Positions 8,288 to 15,376 of a DNA stretch of 64,000 nt are shown here, piece by piece (the first letter of the stretch is position 1; each line of letters starts with the position of its first letter). This DNA comes from Acidobacteriota bacterium (GTDB lineage: Bacteria; Acidobacteriota; UBA4820; DSQY01): NCBI GenBank assembly GCA_049968315.1, contig JBMFRA010000006.1, positions 647-64,646 of the forward strand, read 5' to 3'. The notes under the pieces are model-generated. The model searched no databases. It worked only from the letters and a program-made list of their open reading frames with translations, and was not told where the DNA came from. Both the position numbers and the translations under genes were made by a program.

Positions 8288-11200
8288 CTACCGCGTGAAG
8301 ACCACCGTCGTCTCTCCCCCGTCGCCGTTGACGACCCTCAACGCCACCGGCACGCCGGCGGGGAGGGCGGCCTTGAGGGTGGCCCCTCCCTTGAGGACGA
8401 TCTTGGAGGCGCTCTTCACCGTGGTGTTGGACCAGAGGACCCCCCCCACGTAGACCTGGGCGTCGCTGTGGAAGTTGCCCCCCTGGAGGATGAGGCGGAA
8501 GGGCCCCGAGGCCGTCCGGACGGAGGTGACCTGGGGAGGCGCCACGACGGTGACGCTTCCGCTCTGCTGGCAGGAGGCGCCGTCCTTCTCCACCGTGAAG
8601 GACCAGGCGTAGGTCCCCGGCACCGCGTAGGTGTGGCGCGGGGACAGGTCAGTGGAGGTCCCGCCGTCGCCGAAGTCCCAGAGGAAGGAGGTGGTACCCC
8701 CGCAGTGGTCTTCGGTGTAGGAGGCGGAGAAGACCGCCTCCGAACCGGCGGAGGCCACGGGGGGGGCGGTGGCGGCGCAGCCCAGCGTGCAGGGGGTGGG
8801 CAGGGGAAGGGCGGAGGCCGGGTCCGCCGGGCGCCCTTCGAAACCCTCTCCGTCCACGGAAGTGACGGTGAAGAGGTACTCCCGGCCGTTTTCCAGCCCC
8901 CCCACCAGGGCGGTGGTCTGGGAGCCGCCGGCCTGGGTGGAGAAGGCCCAGGTGGCCCCGCCGTCCTCCGAGAGGTAGACCCGGAAGGCCGCAACCCCGA
9001 AGGCGGGGGGGGCCCAGGTCAGGCGGGCGGCGCCGTCCCGCCCCTCGGCCTGGAGCTGGGACGGGGGATCGGGGGCCGGCAGTCGAAGGCGCAGGGTGGG
9101 ATCGCCGAGAAGGACGTTGCCCAGGACCGCCCGGGCCAGCGTCGAGGGAAGGGCGAAGCGGCCGGCGTCCACGAGGTCGCCCAACTCCCGGACCTTGTCC
9201 CACCCGAAGGCCTCTTGGAGGAAGGCCCGGTTGAAGGTGTCCTCCTCGTCGGGGTAGGCGATGGTGGTGAAGCCCGAGGCCCCGATGGCGCCGCGGTCGG
9301 GACGGGCCACCAAGGCCTCCATGAGGGCCAGGGTGTTCACCTCGTCGAAGGCCGAGTTGTAGCAGGAACTGTTGAGGACGAAGGGAAGGGGGGCCTCCCC
9401 CGGCGTCATGGGGGGCAGGAGGTCCACGTCGGAATCGCTGCAGGTGCCCCCGCCGCAGTTCCGGGAGGGAAAGGCGGTGAAGACGGCGTAGTTCTTTCCC
9501 CAGAAGGCCACGCCGCTGTGGCCGGCGTAGTGGACCAGGGCCGACTGGGGCCAGGCGGAACGGAGGGCCGCGGCGAAAGCGTTGGCGTCGGTTCCGTTGT
9601 ACGGCGGGTCGTGGAAGTAGAGGTGGAGGTCTGACCAAGGCGGGGCAAAGTAGGCAGCCCGGTAGCCGTCGTTGATGGTCTCGAACTGCTGCTCCCAAGA
9701 AGAAGACCAGGTGTCGGCGACGAAGAGCCCCGTCCGGTACCAGCTCCCCCACCGGCCTTGGTCCTCGTAGGCGGCGATCTTGGCGAGGAGCCCTTCCAGC
9801 TCCCCGTAGGAGCGGACGGGGAGGCGCCCCGTGGCCATCTCCGGGAATCCGTCGCCGTCCACGTCGGCGAACCAGGCGTCGGAGGGGTACCTCCCCATGT
9901 AGGTGAAGTCGGTGAGGTCCTCGAACATCAGGGTGGGGACCCAGTTCTTCAGCGTGGGGTCACCCTTCACGTTCTTGTAGTCGTAAGTGGCGTCGCCCAC
10001 GAAGAGCACGTAGCGGGGCGCGGGGTTCCAGGAGGCGCGGGCGGCGGTGAGGAAGGACCGGATGGCCGTGGGGTCGAAGAGGCCGGAGGAGAACTGGTCG
10101 TAGACCTCCTGGATGTCCACCACCTCCACCGAGAAGCGGCTCCTCCTCCGCTGGAGGTACTCCCCCCAGGCCCCCGCCTCCCCGTTGGGGTGGAAATCGG
10201 GGTGGGTGAGGATGAGAAGGTCGGCCCCCAGGGAGGGGGAGGCCAGGTCCCGGGGGGCGGCCGCCTCCAGGGCCGCCGGGGCCTTCGGGGCGGCGGCGGC
10301 GTAGAGGCGCCGCTCGGTCCCCCCTTCCGCGGGCCGTTCGAAGGTGGCGGAATCCCCCGAAAAGAGGGCGTTCTCCAGGAGCCTGGGGAGGGCGAGGCCC
10401 GTTTCGGGGTCCGTCGCCGTGAGGTCCAGGAGGTAGGGGGCCGCGGGCAGGTTCGTCACGGCGTACCGAGCCTGGCGGTCGGGGACGGTGAAGTCCAGGA
10501 CCCCCTCGTGGGCCGCAAAGGTTCTCTCGTAGGAGACGTCGAAGAAGTCTGGGATCTGGTAGTCCCCGCTGCCGCTCACCGAGAGGACCAGGGGCACCTC
10601 GCCGGCGGGAACGCCGGGGCCAAAGGTCCAAGAGAAGGAGGCGAGGCCTAGGCCGCTATAGGCCGCGGGGTTGGGGCCCGAGGCCGGCGGCTGGCCCGCC
10701 AGCGTAGCCGAGAGGGTATGGGCCCCGGAGGAGAGGGCGGCCACCAGGGCCGTGACGGTCACCGGGGGGGCGGCGAGGCCGTAGAGGGGCAGGGTGTAGG
10801 TGCGGGGCTGGTTCTTGTAGACCGGCGACCCCATGTACCAGAGGTCCCCGTTGGGGCGGTAGTGGTAGATGTTGAAGAAGAAGTCGTTCCGCTCCACCCG
10901 AAGGTGTTCCGTGAAGGAGACTTCCAGGGGGTAGCCCGAGGCGGGGGCGGCGTTGGCCCGCTCCATGCGAAGCCCCGGGAACGACGGGTCCACCCTGAGC
11001 CAGTAGACATTCTCGTCGGTGAAATCCCCGCCGTTGAAGAGGGGCCTGGGCGGCAGGCGCAGCTTCTCGCCGAAGAAGAGGAGGGCGTGGGAGGGGCCGA
11101 AGGGAACGCCGGCGGGGCCTTCCACCAGGAGGGGGACCTCCTTCCCCCGGCAGAAGAGGTGGATGGCGTCGGGGGAGAGGCCCGTGAGGTCGAAACCGGC

Positions 11201-11806
11201 GGCGGCGAGGTCCGCGGCGGTGAGGCGGTAGAGGCCGTCCTCCCGGATGCGGATCCGCAGGCCCGGCGGCGGCGGAGCCGGAGCGGGCACCGCCGGGGCC
11301 CGGCGGGGAGGGGTGAAGGCGGGGAGCGGCGCCGGGACGGCGAAGAGGGAGGCCCCGGGAACGAAGGCGGGGGGGGCCACCGCCTTTTTTTCTTCCCCGT
11401 CCTCCTCCCAGCGGAGCAGAATGCGGGCCGAGGCGAGGAGGAGGAGTTGGCCCTCCCCCCCTCGCTGGAAGGGCCTCACCAGAATTTCCGCGTAGGGCCG
11501 CCCCCGAAAGGTCCCCCGGGCGCCCAGAGAGAGGGGCGGGCCGGAGGGAGGCTTGAGGGCCCCCGCCTCCACGGGGCTCCACGCCTCCTCCTCGAAGCAG
11601 GCCGAAAGGCCGCGGGCCTCCAAAGGAAGGGGGACCTTGAGGGAGACCACGGGGGCAGGCCGGGAGGGCCCGGGGGCGGTCCACACCGCCACCTCCGCCG
11701 GGGAGGGCCTCCAGGAGAGGCGCAGGCTACCCTCGGCGGCCCTCGGCGTGGCGGGGAAGGAAAGAAGGGCGGCGAGGCCCACCAGGGCCGCAACGGTTCT
11801 TTTCAT
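8288..11806 (-). CDS. Secreted multidomain peptidase, C25 (gingipain)-like catalytic domain + FN3 + PKD + C-terminal IPT/TIG-like domain
   Basis: Signal peptide MKRTVAALVGLAALLSFPATPRAAEG. A gingipain-like His/Cys region (VHYAGHSGVAFWG ... VLNSSCYNSAFD). An FN3-like segment (RLTWAPPAFGVAAFRVYLSEDGGATW...EYLFTVTSVD). A PKD domain (FLWDFGDGGTSTDLSPRHTYAVPGTYAWSFTV). A C-terminal ~75 aa TIG-like domain (PFRLILQGGNFHSDAQVYVGG...VLKGGATLKAALPAGVPVALRVVNGDGGE). Confidence 0.75.
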   Translation of the reverse strand: MKRTVAALVGLAALLSFPATPRAAEGSLRLSWRPSPAEVAVWTAPGPSRPAPVVSLKVPLPLEARGLSACFEEEAWSPVEAGALKPPSGPPLSLGARGTFRGRPYAEILVRPFQRGGEGQLLLLASARILLRWEEDGEEKKAVAPPAFVPGASLFAVPAPLPAFTPPRRAPAVPAPAPPPPGLRIRIREDGLYRLTAADLAAAGFDLTGLSPDAIHLFCRGKEVPLLVEGPAGVPFGPSHALLFFGEKLRLPPRPLFNGGDFTDENVYWLRVDPSFPGLRMERANAAPASGYPLEVSFTEHLRVERNDFFFNIYHYRPNGDLWYMGSPVYKNQPRTYTLPLYGLAAPPVTVTALVAALSSGAHTLSATLAGQPPASGPNPAAYSGLGLASFSWTFGPGVPAGEVPLVLSVSGSGDYQIPDFFDVSYERTFAAHEGVLDFTVPDRQARYAVTNLPAAPYLLDLTATDPETGLALPRLLENALFSGDSATFERPAEGGTERRLYAAAAPKAPAALEAAAPRDLASPSLGADLLILTHPDFHPNGEAGAWGEYLQRRRSRFSVEVVDIQEVYDQFSSGLFDPTAIRSFLTAARASWNPAPRYVLFVGDATYDYKNVKGDPTLKNWVPTLMFEDLTDFTYMGRYPSDAWFADVDGDGFPEMATGRLPVRSYGELEGLLAKIAAYEDQGRWGSWYRTGLFVADTWSSSWEQQFETINDGYRAAYFAPPWSDLHLYFHDPPYNGTDANAFAAALRSAWPQSALVHYAGHSGVAFWGKNYAVFTAFPSRNCGGGTCSDSDVDLLPPMTPGEAPLPFVLNSSCYNSAFDEVNTLALMEALVARPDRGAIGASGFTTIAYPDEEDTFNRAFLQEAFGWDKVRELGDLVDAGRFALPSTLARAVLGNVLLGDPTLRLRLPAPDPPSQLQAEGRDGAARLTWAPPAFGVAAFRVYLSEDGGATWAFSTQAGGSQTTALVGGLENGREYLFTVTSVDGEGFEGRPADPASALPLPTPCTLGCAATAPPVASAGSEAVFSASYTEDHCGGTTSFLWDFGDGGTSTDLSPRHTYAVPGTYAWSFTVEKDGASCQQSGSVTVVAPPQVTSVRTASGPFRLILQGGNFHSDAQVYVGGVLWSNTTVKSASKIVLKGGATLKAALPAGVPVALRVVNGDGGETTVVFTR

Positions 11807-11827
11807 GAAGGAAGTATAAAGAAGCGA

Positions 11828-11848
11828 GCCCCCGCTGGCAACGGGGGC
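11828..11848 (-). terminator. Candidate intrinsic terminator downstream of the small precursor ORF
   Basis: Inverted repeat GCCCCCG-CTGGCAA-CGGGGGC gives a 7-bp GC stem with a 7-nt loop. On the minus strand it is followed by a T-rich tract; the reverse complement of 11807-11823 is TCGCTTCTTTATACTTC. It sits ~25 nt after the peptide stop and immediately before the start of the C25 peptidase gene. Confidence 0.45.
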
Positions 11849-11872
11849 CCGCGGGTGGGGTCCTTCGGCGGG

Positions 11873-12022
11873 TCAGGAGTGGTACGGCCCAGCGCCGCAG
11901 GCGCCGGCACCCTTGCCGCAGGCACCGGCCTTGGCTTCCACCTTCTCCCGGTAGACCACCGCGGGCTTCTCGTAGGGCTTGCGCGTTTCCATCGTCACCG
12001 TCCCTTTCACGAGGGTGAACAT
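11873..12022 (-). CDS. Small ORF (49 aa) not in the supplied ORF track: candidate RiPP precursor peptide
   Basis: Manual reverse-strand translation gives MFTLVKGTVTMETRKPYEKPAVVYREKVEAKAGACGKGAGACGAGPYHS, with the stop at complement 11873-11875. AGGGGA lies 9 nt upstream of the ATG (SD-like). It starts 21 nt after the radical SAM/SPASM stop in the same frame. The C-terminal 18 residues are Gly/Ala/Cys-only repeats (GACGKGAGACGAG) ending in Ser. An alternative start is the internal METRK (ATG complement at 11990-11992). Confidence 0.5.
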   Translation of the reverse strand: MFTLVKGTVTMETRKPYEKPAVVYREKVEAKAGACGKGAGACGAGPYHS

Positions 12023-12043
12023 AGTGTGAAATCCCCTCGCCTG

Positions 12044-13171
12044 TCAAGGCCGTGTCACTGTCTCGTGCCGGATGAGAACCGGCTTCGCGGGCCCTCCCCG
12101 CCGCTCCTCCTCCGCCACCCGGCGCCGGATCCGCGCGATGCGGAGGTACTGGTCCTCCACCTGCAGGGGGTCCCCCGTGCGGAGCTGGGAGAGGCCGGGG
12201 CAGGAGAAGCAGAAGGCGTGGTCCTCGGTGCTCCGCCGGATCGCCCCGGGAACGGCGCGGTTGGCCTCCCGAACCTTCTTGAGGAGGGGGGAGGTCTCCC
12301 AGATCTCCTTCAGCCGTGCCTTCCGGACGTTGCCCACCGCCTGCTTCCACTGGGTGCACGGCTGGACGTCCCCGTAGGGGGTCACGTGGAACATCCCCGT
12401 CCCCACGGTGCAGTTGTACTCCCCGCCCTCCCGCTCGAAGGGGGAGTTGCCGATGTTGAGCCCCTCCCTGCGGTAGAGGGAGGCGATGGCCTCGTCGGAG
12501 GCCATGAGCTCCAGGGGGAAGGGGTCGCCGTCGTCGGAGGCGGTGAGGACCGGGTCGAAGTAGACGGGGTAGCCGAAGCGCTGGCCCAGTTCCCGGATCT
12601 CCTGGAGCTGGTGCTCCACCAGCCGGGTCACCACCACCTTCAGGTAAACCCGGAGCCCCTGGGCCCGGAGGTACCCCAGGGCCTTCACCTGGCGGTCGAA
12701 GGACCCGGCCACCTGGGTGAGGGCCTCGGCCGTTTCGGCGTCGGCGCCGTGGAGGGACATCTCGATGCAGAAGGGGGCCAGTTCCCTGAGCCTCCGCGCC
12801 GTCTCCTCGGTGATGGCGACGCCGTTGGTGAAGATCCGCAGGGCGAAGGCGCGCTTCCTCGCCTCCCGGGCCAGGTCCCAAAAGCGCGGGTGGAGGAGAG
12901 CCTCCCCCCCCGTGAAGGTCAGGAAGAGGATCCCCATCTCCCGCATCTGGTCCAGAAGGTCTAGGTACTCCTCGAAGGAGAGGGGAGGTCCCGGCGGCGG
13001 AGGCGGCGGAGTGCGCCGGGGCTGGTTCTTCCGGGCCACGGGGTTGTAACAGTACCGGCAGGCCAGGTTGCAGGTGTAGGTCAGCTCCAGGGAGGCGCTG
13101 TAGGGGTGGGCGGACTCGATGGCCCGGTTGAGGAGGTCCTGGTACGGGGTGAGGGGGGGGCGCCGGGCCAA
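12044..13171 (-). CDS. Radical SAM / SPASM-domain peptide-modifying enzyme
   Basis: CxxxCxxC cluster in LTYTCNLACRYCYNP. A TIM-barrel region follows (ILFLTFTGGEALL...IFTNG...IEMSLHG). The C-terminal SPASM-type cysteines are CTVGTGMFHVTPYGDVQPCTQ...HAFCFSCPG. Confidence 0.9.
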   Translation of the reverse strand: MARRPPLTPYQDLLNRAIESAHPYSASLELTYTCNLACRYCYNPVARKNQPRRTPPPPPPGPPLSFEEYLDLLDQMREMGILFLTFTGGEALLHPRFWDLAREARKRAFALRIFTNGVAITEETARRLRELAPFCIEMSLHGADAETAEALTQVAGSFDRQVKALGYLRAQGLRVYLKVVVTRLVEHQLQEIRELGQRFGYPVYFDPVLTASDDGDPFPLELMASDEAIASLYRREGLNIGNSPFEREGGEYNCTVGTGMFHVTPYGDVQPCTQWKQAVGNVRKARLKEIWETSPLLKKVREANRAVPGAIRRSTEDHAFCFSCPGLSQLRTGDPLQVEDQYLRIARIRRRVAEEERRGGPAKPVLIRHETVTRP

Positions 13172-13181
13172 GAATACCTTC

Positions 13182-13445
13182 CTACAGCAGGGCGCCGCTC
13201 TTCCGGAGATCCTCTAGGAAAACCAGAAGATCCCGGCGGGCTTCCTCCTCGGAAACGGCGAAGGTCCGGGCGATATTTCGCGCCAGCGTCTCCACGTCCT
13301 CCTCCTCCAGGTGCTCCCAAATGTACGTCCCCACCTCGTTGAGGACCTGCACCTCCCCCTCGATGTTGAAGACCAGAACCGCCTGGCCCTCGATGACCCG
13401 CCAGGAGACCTCGGGGTTACGCCGGTGGACCGTCTGTTCGACCAT
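13182..13445 (-). CDS. PqqD-family protein (RiPP recognition element-like peptide chaperone)
   Basis: 87 aa: MVEQTVHRRNPEVSWRVIEGQAVLVFNIEGEVQVLNEVGTYIWEHLEEEDVETLARNIARTFAVSEEEARRDLLVFLEDLRKSGALL. Length and pattern match the PqqD/RRE family (hydrophobic beta strands, then LNxxGxxIWxxL and a 3-helix bundle). Confidence 0.8.
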   Translation of the reverse strand: MVEQTVHRRNPEVSWRVIEGQAVLVFNIEGEVQVLNEVGTYIWEHLEEEDVETLARNIARTFAVSEEEARRDLLVFLEDLRKSGALL

Positions 13446-14316
13446 GAAGGACCTCGCTCTCCAAAAGCGGCCAGAAGCTCGCGCTCTTCGTAAAGTGTAA
13501 GTCGAAGACCGGCGTCTGGCCAGTGAGGTCCTCGAGGAGTGGGAGGAGCCGACCCTTCCGGTCCGCCGGGGCGGTGACGAAGGGGCAGGCCGCCGCCAGG
13601 CTGGCCACCGCCACCGGCCTCGGAAGGGCCTCCAGCCTGTCCTCGGGAGCCTTCCGCAGGCGGAACAGGCCGGCCACGGGAAAAATTCCGGGGTGCTTCC
13701 CTCCCTGGGGAAGGGTTCCGGCGAAGGGGGTGGCGGCGGCGAAAAAGCGGCCCTGCCGTTTCAGGAGGAGCACCAGATCGTCGGAGAGGAGGGGGAGGCC
13801 GGGGCTCAACGAGGCCACGGTGGACTTGCCGGCGCCGGAGGGGCCGAAGAAGAGGCAGGCCCGGCCCTCCCGCACCAGGCCGGCGCTGTGGAGGACGAAG
13901 CCGCGGTGCTCCAGCGCCAGGTCCGCCACGGTCCAGCGGAGGACGTTCTCCACCGCCTGCAGGAAGGAAGGGGAACCGGGGGGGGCCGAGACCCGCACCA
14001 CCCCCCTCCGCCCGGCCCGGAAGGCGGCGAAGCCGTGGGAAAGGAGGAGCCGTCCCTCCCCCAGCGGCCGCTCCTCCAGCCGCAGGAAGCGGTCCGGGGC
14101 CATCGAAAGGTAGGCCTCCCAGCCGGGGACCACCCGGAAGACCAACGCGGGCTCCTCTTCGGCGAGGAAGGGACGGTACCGCTCCCTCAGCGCCTCCAGG
14201 GGTGCCTCCCCCGGAAAGAGAAAGCCTACGGTGAGCCCCGCCACCGAGACCCCCAAGGGATGGGTACAGGCGGGGAGGCCCTCCTCGAAGTGCCGAAGAT
14301 CCGGAAAACGATCCAT
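13417..14316 (-). CDS. HPr kinase-related (HprK-like) P-loop kinase
   Basis: Walker A motif CLFFGPSGAGKSTVA in the second half of a ~300 aa protein, typical of the HPr kinase C-terminal fold. The start is trimmed to MDRFPDLRHFEEG (ATG complement at 14314-14316). The upstream 25 codons of the listed ORF are Arg/Gly-rich and overlap nothing conserved. The gene overlaps the PqqD gene start by 29 bp. Confidence 0.65.
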   Translation of the reverse strand: MDRFPDLRHFEEGLPACTHPLGVSVAGLTVGFLFPGEAPLEALRERYRPFLAEEEPALVFRVVPGWEAYLSMAPDRFLRLEERPLGEGRLLLSHGFAAFRAGRRGVVRVSAPPGSPSFLQAVENVLRWTVADLALEHRGFVLHSAGLVREGRACLFFGPSGAGKSTVASLSPGLPLLSDDLVLLLKRQGRFFAAATPFAGTLPQGGKHPGIFPVAGLFRLRKAPEDRLEALPRPVAVASLAAACPFVTAPADRKGRLLPLLEDLTGQTPVFDLHFTKSASFWPLLESEVLHGRTDGPPA

Positions 14317-14387
14317 GGATGAAACGCGGGGGACGCCGCCGGCGTCCCCCCTTCCCCTTGGCGGTTCCCCAAAACCTCTTCTTCGCC

Positions 14388-14804
14388 TCAACGGGGCTCC
14401 AGTTCTGGGAAGAAGAAGGCCACCTCCCTCCGGGCGTTCTCCTCCGAGTCCGACCCGTGGACGGCGTTGCGCTGGATGTCGGTTCCGAATCGCCCCCGGA
14501 GGGTCTCCGGGGGGGCCTTCCCGGAATCGGTGGGCCCCATGACCGCACGGAGCCGCGCCACGGCATCTTCCCCTTGGAGGCAGGCGGCGACGACGGGGCC
14601 GGAGGTCATGAAGTCCACCAGCTCCTGGAAGAAGGGCCGCTCGCGGTGGACGGCGTAGAAGGCCTCCGCCTCGCTCCGGGAGAGGCGGTGGAGCCTCAGG
14701 GCCACCAGGTCGAAGCCCTCGTCCAGCAGGCGCTGGAGGATGGCCCCCGCCACCCGCTTGGCCATGGCGTCGGGCTTGATCATCACCAGGGTGCGCTGGA
14801 CCAT
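14388..14804 (-). CDS. ndk: Nucleoside diphosphate kinase
   Basis: MVQRTLVMIKPDAMAKRVAGAILQRLLDEGFDLVALRL...NAVHGSDS is a textbook NDK sequence with the active-site His. Confidence 0.95.
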   Translation of the reverse strand: MVQRTLVMIKPDAMAKRVAGAILQRLLDEGFDLVALRLHRLSRSEAEAFYAVHRERPFFQELVDFMTSGPVVAACLQGEDAVARLRAVMGPTDSGKAPPETLRGRFGTDIQRNAVHGSDSEENARREVAFFFPELEPR

Positions 14805-14807
14805 GCC

Positions 14808-15365
14808 TCAGGCCCCCGCCGCGGCCGCGTAGGTGCGGGCCGCCTCCTGGCCCGCCCGGATGGCCTTCTTGTTCAGCTCCTCCGTGCCCTTGGGAACCCG
14901 CGCCAGGACGGCCTTCTCCAAGGCCTCGGGGGAGACGATGCCCGTCAGTTCGCTGATGAGCCCCAGGGCCACGATGTTGGCCACGAACTCCCGCCCCACC
15001 GTCTCCTTGGCCAGCCGGGTGATGGGAGCCTTGACCTGCCGGTACTTGGCGGGGATCTCACCGGGGACCAGGTCCGAATCGGCGATGATGAGGCAGGTCT
15101 CGGGGGCTTCCTTGACGTACTTGTCGGCGGCGGCCTCGGTCATGCAGAGGAGCAGGTCCACGTGGGTGGCCTTGGGGTAGTCGATCTCCTCGTCGGAGAT
15201 GATGACCTCGCTCTTGCTGGCCCCCCCGCGGGATTCGGGCCCGTAGGACTGGCTCTGGCAGGCGTTCTTGCCCTCGAGGATGGCGGCCTCGGCCAGGATG
15301 ACGCCCCCCAGGACGAGACCCTGTCCCCCCGAGCCCGCGAGCCGGATTTCGAAACGTTTTCCCAT
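14808..15365 (-). CDS. korC: 2-oxoglutarate (2-oxoacid):ferredoxin oxidoreductase gamma subunit
   Basis: MGKRFEIRLAGSGGQGLVLGGVILAEAAILEGKNACQSQSYGPESRGGASKSEVIISDEEIDYP is a gamma-subunit signature. The start is trimmed to MGKRFEIR (ATG complement at 15363-15365). The upstream 75 codons of the listed ORF are low-complexity. Confidence 0.85.
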   Translation of the reverse strand: MGKRFEIRLAGSGGQGLVLGGVILAEAAILEGKNACQSQSYGPESRGGASKSEVIISDEEIDYPKATHVDLLLCMTEAAADKYVKEAPETCLIIADSDLVPGEIPAKYRQVKAPITRLAKETVGREFVANIVALGLISELTGIVSPEALEKAVLARVPKGTEELNKKAIRAGQEAARTYAAAAGA

Positions 15366-15376
15366 GGTTCCGCTCC

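Noticed and set aside
13417-14316. Calling the P-loop protein a genuine HPr kinase/phosphorylase (hprK) of the PTS
   Set aside because: There is no HPr/PTS context, and the gene is embedded with PqqD and rSAM-SPASM genes. The protein is better treated as an HprK-related kinase of a peptide-modification system.
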